This document shows, in pieces, positions 17,355 to 25,534 of a stretch of 64,000 nucleotides of DNA. Under the pieces are notes generated by a model, which was given only the letters and a program-made list of their open reading frames with translations, was not told the origin of the DNA and made no database searches. The DNA is from Solirubrobacteraceae bacterium (GTDB lineage Bacteria; Actinomycetota; Thermoleophilia; Solirubrobacterales; Solirubrobacteraceae): assembly GCA_035485715.1 (NCBI GenBank), contig DATHNT010000013.1, forward strand, positions 26,448-90,447. Reading direction: 5' to 3'. Within the stretch, counting starts at the first letter, position 1, and each line of letters opens with the position of its first letter. The translations under genes were made by a program, and so were the position numbers.

Positions 17355-17393
17355 CACCGCTCACCGCTCACCGCTCACCGCTCACCGCTCACC
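17355..17393. repeat. Heptamer tandem repeat (CACCGCT)x5
   Basis: Five exact copies plus partial CACC. Confidence 0.95.
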
Positions 17394-17538
17394 CGGCGGG
17401 ATAACACCTCTGTGCGCTTGACAGCAAGATCCACACTCGTTTGAGCGCGCGCCCGCCCGGGTATCAACGCTAGATCGGTCCGGGCGGGCCGCAAGGGGTG
17501 CTTGCCTGGCAAAGCCATTTCGCCGCAGGGAGGCAGAG

Positions 17539-18558
17539 ATGTTCGGTCGGCTTCGGTTTCATGTCCGCTCGCACGCGTGTATCGCGGTGCTCGCAGCGAT
17601 CCTCACAACGATGTGGCTGGCCTCGACCGCCGGCGCGTTCCCAGGACAGCGCGACCACTCGAGACACGCACACTCGAAACATGGCGGACCGCAGATCGGC
17701 CATCAGGCGCCCGGGCACGGTGGTCCTCCCAATGGGCAGAAACAGCCAGGCCATGGTGGCCCTCCTCCTGGCCAGAAAGGGCCTGGGCACGGCTTCCCAC
17801 AGGCCAGTTACCTGGCGCTCGGCGACTCGCTTGCGTTCGGCTACTCGCAGGCCAAGTTCGAAAGACTTTTACCGAACGAGAACCCCGCCGAATACAACAC
17901 GGGCTACGTAGACGATTTCGCCCATCTCCTGAGATTCGGCAACCCCAAACTTCAGGTCATCAACGACGGCTGCCCAGGCGAGACGACCGAATCCTTCATC
18001 AAGGGACCGTGCGAATACCAGTTGGCCTTCCCGTTGCATCACCCCTACGTGGGCGGCCCGACAAGCTCGCAGCTTTCTGACGCACTGGCCTATCTGCAGG
18101 CCAATCCGAACACAAACCCGATCACGCTCGACATCGGCGCCAACGACGCGCTCGGCGTGATCGAGCACACGTGTGAAAAGAAAGTGGAATGCGTAATCAA
18201 AGAAGCCCCAGCTCTGTTCGCGCACATAGCGACGAACCTGGGGCTGATCCTGGGCGACCTGCGCGGAGCGGACCCGCACGCGACGATCATCGTGCTGGGT
18301 TTGTACAACCCGTTCGGTGAAAAACTGCCGGGTGGCAATGCGTTGACGGCCCAGCTCAACGAAGTCATGGACAAAGTCGCCGAAGCGGTGGGCGCCCGCT
18401 TTGCGGATCCCCTGCCGCTATTCAACCCGCCGGGGAAGCTGGAAGAACCGACGATCTGCCTGCTGACGAATATGTGCAATGAACCCGAAGATATACACCC
18501 GACGGACTTGGGCTATGGGGTGCTGGCGGGGTTGATTGCCAAGCAGTACTTCTTCTAG
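17539..18558 (+). CDS. Secreted SGNH/GDSL hydrolase
   Basis: Signal peptide; blocks YLALGDSLAFG, GCPGETT, DIGAND, DIHP. His/Gly/Pro repeat linker. Confidence 0.88.
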   Translation: MFGRLRFHVRSHACIAVLAAILTTMWLASTAGAFPGQRDHSRHAHSKHGGPQIGHQAPGHGGPPNGQKQPGHGGPPPGQKGPGHGFPQASYLALGDSLAFGYSQAKFERLLPNENPAEYNTGYVDDFAHLLRFGNPKLQVINDGCPGETTESFIKGPCEYQLAFPLHHPYVGGPTSSQLSDALAYLQANPNTNPITLDIGANDALGVIEHTCEKKVECVIKEAPALFAHIATNLGLILGDLRGADPHATIIVLGLYNPFGEKLPGGNALTAQLNEVMDKVAEAVGARFADPLPLFNPPGKLEEPTICLLTNMCNEPEDIHPTDLGYGVLAGLIAKQYFF

Positions 18559-18585
18559 GAGGAACCTTGCGCCGGGGCCAGGCAC

Positions 18586-19788
18586 TCAGGGCGTCGGCCC
18601 CGGCGCAGGTGATCCCTGATGCCGAACTCGCTCGCGCATATCGGCGTAGCGGGTGACCTCATAGACGATCAGCAGGCTCAGCACCGCGGCGAGGATCGCG
18701 AGCGTCGCCAGCGATGAGACTTTCAACGTCAGCGTGATCGGCACCAGCGCCAGCAGCACGAGCGAGCAAACGAGCCGCCGGCCGCTGAGCGATTGGACGT
18801 TGCGCAAGCGGAAGGCGACGTGCGCGAGCAGATATGCGGCAGTGCCGCCGAGCAGGGCCACCGTGGGCACGAGCTCGAGCGGATCGCCGTCGTGCTCGAT
18901 CGTGACCTTCAAGCCAACCGCAAGCAACGCGATACCGGCCACCATCGGAAAGTGCAGATAGGAATAGGAGTCGCGCGCCAACTCGTTGCGCTCGCGTCCT
19001 TCCTTGGCATTCGACAGGCGCCGCTCGGCGACGAGCGCGGTCACATCGAAGTACGCCCACCACAGCGTCGCGGCAACAATCACCCCGAGCACAGCGGTGA
19101 CCACAACAGCGGTGTCGATCGTCGTGCGCGCCCCCACGCCGAGTGCCACGATCGACTCGCCCAAAGCGATCAGCACGATCAGACCATGACGCTCGGCGAA
19201 GTGTCCCGGAACGAGCTTCCAGCCGTCGGCGCCGAACAGAAAGGGTCCGCCGGCATCGAGCACCAGTGCAAGCCCCCACAGCCCGAGTTGCAGCGCGCCG
19301 CTCGTGGCGGCTGCGACGAACAGCAGCCCCGCCCCGATCGCGGTGCTGTACGCGAGACCGGCGACGGAATGTCTGAGCGCCGGGTCCTCGCGGCTTGCGA
19401 TCGTGAACAGCGCGATGTGCGCGCCACGCACGACCGCGTAGGCACAGGCGAACAGCAGCGCCTCGCTGCCGAACGCACCAGGCACGCACAGCGCCGCGAC
19501 GAGCATGGCGGCCATCGCCGTGAAGATCACGAGCCGCACGCTGCCCTCCTCCGGGTCGACGACGCTTGTCAGCCAGGCGTAGCCGGTCCAGGCCCACCAG
19601 AGCATGCCGAGCGCAAGCACGCCTTTGAGCAGCCCGATCCAGGTGGGAGTGCGTGCCATCAGCGTCGTGCACTGCGTCAGCGCCAGTACGAACACCAGAT
19701 CGAAGAACAGCTCCAGGGGAGTGACGCGCTCGCCTTCGCGCATGACGGCCGTCAACCGGGGACTGCGCTCCTCAGAGACGATGCTCAC
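18586..19788 (-). CDS. ltrA: Low temperature requirement protein A family membrane protein
   Basis: RVTPLELFFDLVFV, HFAERHGLIVLIALGESI, WWAYFD, YSYLHFP. Confidence 0.92.
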   Translation of the reverse strand: MSIVSEERSPRLTAVMREGERVTPLELFFDLVFVLALTQCTTLMARTPTWIGLLKGVLALGMLWWAWTGYAWLTSVVDPEEGSVRLVIFTAMAAMLVAALCVPGAFGSEALLFACAYAVVRGAHIALFTIASREDPALRHSVAGLAYSTAIGAGLLFVAAATSGALQLGLWGLALVLDAGGPFLFGADGWKLVPGHFAERHGLIVLIALGESIVALGVGARTTIDTAVVVTAVLGVIVAATLWWAYFDVTALVAERRLSNAKEGRERNELARDSYSYLHFPMVAGIALLAVGLKVTIEHDGDPLELVPTVALLGGTAAYLLAHVAFRLRNVQSLSGRRLVCSLVLLALVPITLTLKVSSLATLAILAAVLSLLIVYEVTRYADMRERVRHQGSPAPGPTP

Positions 19789-19834
19789 TTGCCCATCTTC
19801 GCAAGCCGCGTGAGGATCGTCCTAGGCTGAGACG

Positions 19835-20638
19835 ATGGACCTCACCGGCAAGACGGCGCTGGTCACAGGCGCCAACCGTGGCATCGGCCGTGCGCTCGTC
19901 GAGCGTCTTGCCGAATTGCCGCTGCGCTCGGTGCTGGCGGGAGTACGCAGCGTCGAGAGCTTCGAGGCCGTGAACCCACCGCCCGACGGCGCCCGAGAGG
20001 TGCGAGCCGTTCACATCGACCTGTCCTCGCAGGCGAGTATCGAGCAGTGCTGCTCGGAGTTGGGCGGGCAGCTCGGCCAGATCGATCTGCTCGTCAACAA
20101 CGCTGGGCTGATGACTGGCGGGCTGCTCGAGGAGCAGGACATCGGCGAGGTGTATGCGATGTTCCAGGTCAACTTGGTGGGGGTTACACACCTCACCCAG
20201 CGGGTACTCCCCGGGATGCTCGCGCGGCGGAAGGGGACAATCGCCAACAATGCGTCGATCAGCGGCTATGCCCACTTCCCCGCGGCGAGCACCTACGCCG
20301 CCGCGAAGGCTGGGATCGTCGGCTTCACCGAATCGCTGCGGCGCGAGCTGCGCGGCACTGGCGTGCACGCCATGCACCTCGTCACACCAGGCGTCGCGAC
20401 CGACATGCTGAAAGCCACCGATGAGGTGTACGGGCGCCACATGGACACATCCGGCTGGGACCGCATCCCTCCCGAGGAGTGGGCGGCCAAGGTCGTGGGC
20501 GCGATCGAAGCCGACCGGCGCATGCTCGGCCCTGGCGGTCGCTCCCGCTTGGCGATGCTCGCGGCGCAGGGACCAACTTTCGTGCTCGACGCGGTGACCG
20601 CCCGCTTGTTCAGTCGACGACCACGTAGCCAAGCCTGA
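19835..20638 (+). CDS. Short-chain dehydrogenase/reductase
   Basis: TGANRGIG, NNAG, YAAAK. TAGGCT 6 nt upstream of the ATG (leaderless). Confidence 0.92.
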   Translation: MDLTGKTALVTGANRGIGRALVERLAELPLRSVLAGVRSVESFEAVNPPPDGAREVRAVHIDLSSQASIEQCCSELGGQLGQIDLLVNNAGLMTGGLLEEQDIGEVYAMFQVNLVGVTHLTQRVLPGMLARRKGTIANNASISGYAHFPAASTYAAAKAGIVGFTESLRRELRGTGVHAMHLVTPGVATDMLKATDEVYGRHMDTSGWDRIPPEEWAAKVVGAIEADRRMLGPGGRSRLAMLAAQGPTFVLDAVTARLFSRRPRSQA

Positions 20639-20688
20639 CCTGGAGCGCACCGCGAGGGCGCTCGGGGCGGCTGGGCATCGCGGCGACT

Positions 20689-21924
20689 TCAGCCGGTGCT
20701 ACTGAGCTCATGCGTGGCCACCGACTGCCGCGCCCGCGCAGCGCGCCAGCCTGGCTTGGCCAGCAGCACCTGCACATCGCCGATGCGCCGCTCGGCAAAG
20801 CCGGCCTCGCAATAGGACAGGTAGAGCCTCCAGATGCGCTGGAAGCGCTCGTCATAGCCGAGCTCGGCGAGCCTGCCCAAGTTTGCCTCGAAGTTGGCGC
20901 GCCAGTGGCGCAGCGTCTGCACGTAGTGGAAGGTGATGTCCTGCAGCCCCGCGACGCGCATGTCCGTGCGCCGCTTGACGGCGCGTTCGATCACGCCCAA
21001 AGACGGTAGGCAGCCGTTCGGGAAGATGTAGGTGTTCATGAAGCTGTGCGAGGCCTTCTCGACCTCATAGGCGCGATCGTCGATCGTGATCGCCTGCAGC
21101 AGCATCGCGCCGTCGGGAGTGAGCAGCCGCGAGCAACAATCGAAGAACGTGCCGAAATGCTGCCAGCCGACAGCCTCGATCATCTCGATCGAGACGAGCT
21201 TGTCGTAGCGTCCGCGCAGGTCGCGGTAGTCCTCCAAGAGCACCTCGACCCGATCCTGCAGACCCGCGCGGCCGACGTGCGCGACGGCATGACGGTGCTG
21301 CTCGCGCGAGATCGTGGTTGTGGTGACGCGGCAGCCGCGCGTGCGCGCGGCATACAACGCGAACGCACCCCAGCCGCTGCCGATCTCGAGCACATGGTCA
21401 TCGGGCCGTAGGTCGAGCTTCTCGCAGACACGCTCGAGCTTGGCAAGCGCCGCCTCGTGCAGGCTCATACCCGGTCGCTCGAACAGGGCGCATGAATAGG
21501 TCATGCTCGGGTCGAGCAGCAGCTCGAACAGCTCGTTGCCGAGGTCGTAGTGGGCGGCGATGTCGCGGCGGCGACGGCGGCGCGTATTGGCGTTCAGCAG
21601 CATGCGTGCGCGTTGCGCTGGAGCCAGCAGCGGCGCGAGCACAGCGCGCAAGCGGTCGAGCGCGTCGGCGTTGCGAGCGGCGACGCGTACGACGGCGGTC
21701 GGGTCAGACGAATCCCACAGCTCCTGGGCATACGCCTCGGCGAGCCCGTTGCTGCCACGCAACAGCTTGCGCCAAGCACGCGGCGAGCGCACGTGCACGG
21801 TCGCGTGCGGCGCGCCGCTGCCGAACGTCACCTGTGCCCGACCGTCCTCGAGCACGGTGAGGCTGCCCGAATGGATGCGCCTCAACAATGCGTGCGCGAT
21901 CGTGCGTGCGATTCGCGTTGTCAT
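20689..21924 (-). CDS. cfa: Cyclopropane/methyl fatty-acyl-phospholipid synthase family SAM methyltransferase
   Basis: IAAHYDLGNELF, MTYSCALF, LEIGSGWG, SIEMIEAVG, YIFPNGCLP, YCEAGF. Confidence 0.9.
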   Translation of the reverse strand: MTTRIARTIAHALLRRIHSGSLTVLEDGRAQVTFGSGAPHATVHVRSPRAWRKLLRGSNGLAEAYAQELWDSSDPTAVVRVAARNADALDRLRAVLAPLLAPAQRARMLLNANTRRRRRRDIAAHYDLGNELFELLLDPSMTYSCALFERPGMSLHEAALAKLERVCEKLDLRPDDHVLEIGSGWGAFALYAARTRGCRVTTTTISREQHRHAVAHVGRAGLQDRVEVLLEDYRDLRGRYDKLVSIEMIEAVGWQHFGTFFDCCSRLLTPDGAMLLQAITIDDRAYEVEKASHSFMNTYIFPNGCLPSLGVIERAVKRRTDMRVAGLQDITFHYVQTLRHWRANFEANLGRLAELGYDERFQRIWRLYLSYCEAGFAERRIGDVQVLLAKPGWRAARARQSVATHELSSTG

Positions 21925-21961
21925 GCCACGCCTCCAGAGATCGGCGATGCGAGGCGCGCGC

Positions 21962-22732
21962 TCATGCGAGGCCTTCCTTGGGATGGCGATGCACCGGCAC
22001 GCCCTTCAACTTCAGCCGCAGAGCCTGGGCGTAGATCAGCGTGAGCATCCGCAGCGAGCTGGCCGGATAGCGCGCGCTCATGCGCGCAAGCGTGGTCTTC
22101 GTGAACTCATGTCGACGCAGCGAGAGCGTGGCGTCGAACGCCAGGTCTCCTTTACGAGAGCTCGCGATGTGCACCGACAACGTCTCGCCCGGCACGCTCA
22201 CACGCCACTCGTAGCGCTCGTCCATGCCCATGAACGGCGAGACGTGCAAAGCCTTGGCCGAATTGCCGGCGAGCACCGCGCCGGAAGTTTGGGCGGGTGG
22301 GCAGTACCCGCCGCCACGTGCGAGCACGTAGGCGTGGCGCTCGCCCCAGGGCGTGTTCGTCACCTCGGCGGCCACCGCCTCCACCGACTCGGCGGCCTCG
22401 TCCATGCAGTAGTAGAAGCTGACGGGGTTGAAGCAGTGCCCAAAGCTGCTCAGGTTGCAGAGCACGCGGACCGGCCCGGACGGCCGCACGCCGGCCTGGT
22501 CGGCCACGACGTCGCGCACCGCATCTGCCAGTGGCGTGTGCTTGTCACCCAGATAGTGGCGACGACGGAAGCGCGCGGGCCCGGGGCGGGACGCGAGCAG
22601 CCGGCCACCGAGCAGCGTGGGCAGCTCGTCGAGATCGATATAGGCCAACGCGAGTCGATAGCGGAACTCGTGCTCGCGCACATCGAAGCGCCGGTGTCGA
22701 ACGTGGCCATAGTAGATAGCGCTCACACTCAT
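21962..22732 (-). CDS. DUF1365 family protein
   Basis: GHVRHRR, FNPVSFYYC, EVTNTPWGERHAY, KALHVSPF. ATG 22732 overlaps the upstream stop (ATGA). Confidence 0.9.
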   Translation of the reverse strand: MSVSAIYYGHVRHRRFDVREHEFRYRLALAYIDLDELPTLLGGRLLASRPGPARFRRRHYLGDKHTPLADAVRDVVADQAGVRPSGPVRVLCNLSSFGHCFNPVSFYYCMDEAAESVEAVAAEVTNTPWGERHAYVLARGGGYCPPAQTSGAVLAGNSAKALHVSPFMGMDERYEWRVSVPGETLSVHIASSRKGDLAFDATLSLRRHEFTKTTLARMSARYPASSLRMLTLIYAQALRLKLKGVPVHRHPKEGLA

Positions 22733-23973
22733 AGCTCTACCCCGAAATGTGCGCCCACATCGAGCGCGCTGCGCACGCCGTCCTCGTGAAAGCCCCAACC
22801 CCAGTAGGCGCCGCAGTAGTGCGTGCGATTGCGTCCACTGATCTCCGCGCGGCGGGCCTGCACACGTACGCCCTCCGGCGTGTAGACCGGATGGGCGTAG
22901 GGAATCGTGCGGATCACCTGCTGGGGATCGATCGCCGCTGTCCGGTTGAGCGTCACACACAGCTCACGATCGGCTTTCAGCGACTGCAGACGATTCATGT
23001 GGTAGGTGACGGTGGCGCGCTCGGTTGGGGTCTCCAACAGGTGGTAGTTCCAGCTCGCCCAGGCGCGGCGGCGGCGGGGAAGCAGGCGCGTGTCGGTGTG
23101 GAGCACTGCCTCGTTGGCCTGGTAGGGCATCGCCCCTAGGATTTCGTGCTCGCGTGGGTCGGCATCGGCAAGCATCGCAAGCGCCTGGTCCGAGTGGGTC
23201 GCGATCACGACCTCGTCGAAACGCTCTGCCTCGCCACCGCGAGGCTTGACCATGACCGCGTCGTCTCGACGTTCGATCGCCTGCACCGCCGTGCCGAGCC
23301 GCAGGCGATGGCGCCACGGCTGGATGAGCGCACGCACGTAGCTCTCAGAGCCACCCGTGACCGTGCGCCAGTGCGGTCGGCCCGTCAACCCGAGCATCCC
23401 GTGGTTGTCGAAGAACTCGGCGAGGAAGCGTGCCGGAAAGCTGCGCAGCTGATGGGGGTCAGCCGACCACACGGCCGACACCTGGGGAACAATCAGCCTT
23501 TGCACAAATGCCTCTGAGAAGCGCTGCTCGGCCAGCCATTGCCCCAGCGAGATCTCGCCGCAGGAGCCACCCAGGAGCTCGCGGGCCGTGCGGTTGAAAC
23601 GCACGAGGTCGGCGATCATGCGATGGAACCATGGCGTCAGCAGGTGAGCACGCTTTGCGAACAGGCCGTTCGGCGAGGCGCTGTTGTACTCGAAGTCCCC
23701 GCGCCCATCGCTCACGCCGAAGCTCATGTCCGAGCGTTGCCAGGCCACGCCGAGCTGACGCAACAGACGCTCGAAGTTTGGGTAGTTGCGGTCGTTGAAC
23801 ACCATGAAGCCGGTGTCCACCCTGTGGGTCTGCTCGGGCGTCTCCACGCGGATCGTGTTGGCGTGGCCGCCGGCAGACTCGCCGGCCTCGAACACGACGA
23901 TCTCGTGTCTGGGATAGAGCAGGTGTGCCGCGACCATGCCCGAGACCCCGGCGCCGACGATCGCGATCCTCAT
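22729..23973 (-). CDS. FAD-dependent oxidoreductase (cfa-associated amine-oxidase-like/desaturase)
   Basis: IAIVGAGVSG, GGHANT, VDTGFMVFNDRNYPNF, YAHP, GAYWGWGFHEDG. Confidence 0.92.
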   Translation of the reverse strand: MRIAIVGAGVSGMVAAHLLYPRHEIVVFEAGESAGGHANTIRVETPEQTHRVDTGFMVFNDRNYPNFERLLRQLGVAWQRSDMSFGVSDGRGDFEYNSASPNGLFAKRAHLLTPWFHRMIADLVRFNRTARELLGGSCGEISLGQWLAEQRFSEAFVQRLIVPQVSAVWSADPHQLRSFPARFLAEFFDNHGMLGLTGRPHWRTVTGGSESYVRALIQPWRHRLRLGTAVQAIERRDDAVMVKPRGGEAERFDEVVIATHSDQALAMLADADPREHEILGAMPYQANEAVLHTDTRLLPRRRRAWASWNYHLLETPTERATVTYHMNRLQSLKADRELCVTLNRTAAIDPQQVIRTIPYAHPVYTPEGVRVQARRAEISGRNRTHYCGAYWGWGFHEDGVRSALDVGAHFGVEL

Positions 23974-24021
23974 GGGAGCAACACGATCCTCATCGGAGAA
24001 ATAGATAGCTCATGTCTGAGC

Positions 24022-24048
24022 ATTCGCTGGAGAGCCGCACCTGGATCA
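24022..24048 (-). promoter_or_regulatory. ECF sigma (SigK/RpoE-ChrR-type) promoter
   Basis: Minus strand TGATCC-N15-GCGAAT, about 48 nt upstream of the 23973 start. Confidence 0.6.
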
Positions 24049-24091
24049 GCGGCTCAGATCGTGCGACGTCTTCACGCGCTCGGCGCAAGGC

Positions 24092-24122
24092 ATTCCGCGC
24101 GCGGCAGTCCCGCGCGCGGAAT
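24092..24122. terminator. Perfect 13-bp GC hairpin
   Basis: ATTCCGCGCGCGG-N5-CCGCGCGCGGAAT, 13 nt after the stop of 24136-24795. Confidence 0.7.
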
Positions 24123-24135
24123 CAACGGTCCGCGT

Positions 24136-24795
24136 TTAGCCGACGTGTGCGAAGTGCGCGTCCACGCCGTCGAGCAGATCCCAATTACCGCGCAGTGCCG
24201 CCGTCGCGCACTCAACCATACGGTCGGCCTGGGCTCGTGCCTCATCCTCGTCCTCGCTCATCAACTCGGCGATCAGCTCCCGCGCCTGGCGTGCGTGCTC
24301 GACATCGAGCTTGGCGTGCAACTCGAAGTACTCGACCGCCGGGCCTTCGGGCTTGTAGCCGTAGCGCTCGACGAGCCCCTCGAGCTTGGTCTGGGCGATT
24401 GCCGGCTGGCTTGCCTCGACCGCGTACAGCACGGCAAGATGCTCCAGGACGTCGGCGCCGGCAGTCCACACCCGGGTGCAAACATCCGTCTCGCTCAGCG
24501 GACTACGCTCGCAGACACCCTCACCAGCAACAGCGTCCGCGAACGCATCCCACAACGCAACATGGCTGTGCTCCTCGGCCGCGTGGCGCTCGAGACCGGC
24601 GCGACGGTCCGGATCGGCCTTGGCGGCAACGCTGTCTGAGGCCTGTGCCAGCGCGACGACGGCGTGGCGGTACTCGCCGGCGTAGAAAGACAATTCCTCG
24701 GCGCTCAGCTCTCCCGCGCTCCAGCGCTGGTAGAACGGGTGCTCGAGCACGTCGCATTCACGCCTGGCCTGATCGATCCTGGCAATCACATCCAT
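24136..24795 (-). CDS. CADD/PqqC/TenA-like heme-oxygenase-fold diiron protein
   Basis: RBS AAGGAG; HPFYQRWSAGEL, EEHSH, LYAVE, TKLEGL, YFELHAKLDVEH. Confidence 0.8.
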   Translation of the reverse strand: MDVIARIDQARRECDVLEHPFYQRWSAGELSAEELSFYAGEYRHAVVALAQASDSVAAKADPDRRAGLERHAAEEHSHVALWDAFADAVAGEGVCERSPLSETDVCTRVWTAGADVLEHLAVLYAVEASQPAIAQTKLEGLVERYGYKPEGPAVEYFELHAKLDVEHARQARELIAELMSEDEDEARAQADRMVECATAALRGNWDLLDGVDAHFAHVG

Positions 24796-24904
24796 CCCGC
24801 GGCTCCTTCTGGTTCGTTTGGGCTGGGAGCACCCAGAGGCCCAGTAGGCAGGCACTCCCGATGCGGCGAAGTATGGCGGGCGCGTCGGGCGACACCGCCG
24901 TCGC

Positions 24905-25486
24905 CTATTGGACGGTGAGCTTGCCTTCCATGCCCGCCTGTCGATGACCAGGAACCGAGCAGTAGAAGACGTATGTGCCAGGCTTCAGATTCAACGTGAG
25001 CGTCCTCGCGCCGCCCTGGAAGGTGGGCGTCGCTGTCAGCACCGTGGTGCCCTGGGCGATCGTCATGTTGTGCATCAGCGGAGACATGTTCTTGAAATCG
25101 ATCGTGACCTTGCCGGCTCTGGCCGAAAGATTTTTCGTGGTGTAGCGCAGCTGGCCTTCGGGATCGGCTTCATCGGTCAGCGAGGAGGTGCCCGAGCCGG
25201 AGGCGGCTTCGCGGCCCGTCTGGGTGATCGGCGCGATCGTCGCCTTGGCGCTCGAGCCACCCGACGTGGCAACCGCCATGGAGACGGTAGCCAGTACGAG
25301 CACGGCCGATATCGCCATCACGGCGCGCTGGCCGCCCAACGAGCTCGGGAAGTTCGGGTTGCGCCGCCCCAAGACAACCGATACGAACAGTGCCCAGGCA
25401 ACGAGCAGACCGCCGGCGATGTAGTACGGCACCTTGCTCTTCTCGGCTGCAAGCACAGGCCCGAAGTGTGCTATTGCTGCAAACAT
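24905..25486 (-). CDS. Membrane-anchored plastocyanin/azurin-like cupredoxin
   Basis: Two hydrophobic N-terminal segments, then HNM and YCSVPGHRQAGM type-1 Cu ligands. Confidence 0.85.
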   Translation of the reverse strand: MFAAIAHFGPVLAAEKSKVPYYIAGGLLVAWALFVSVVLGRRNPNFPSSLGGQRAVMAISAVLVLATVSMAVATSGGSSAKATIAPITQTGREAASGSGTSSLTDEADPEGQLRYTTKNLSARAGKVTIDFKNMSPLMHNMTIAQGTTVLTATPTFQGGARTLTLNLKPGTYVFYCSVPGHRQAGMEGKLTVQ

Positions 25487-25534
25487 CCCGCCTGCGAGCG
25501 TAACCGATCCTCCGGTGGGTATGCTCTCTCGCCG

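Noticed and set aside
24136-24795. Calling this gene pqqC or tenA
   Set aside because: No pqq or thiamine genes or TPP riboswitch nearby, and the motifs fit CADD-like proteins better; left at family level.
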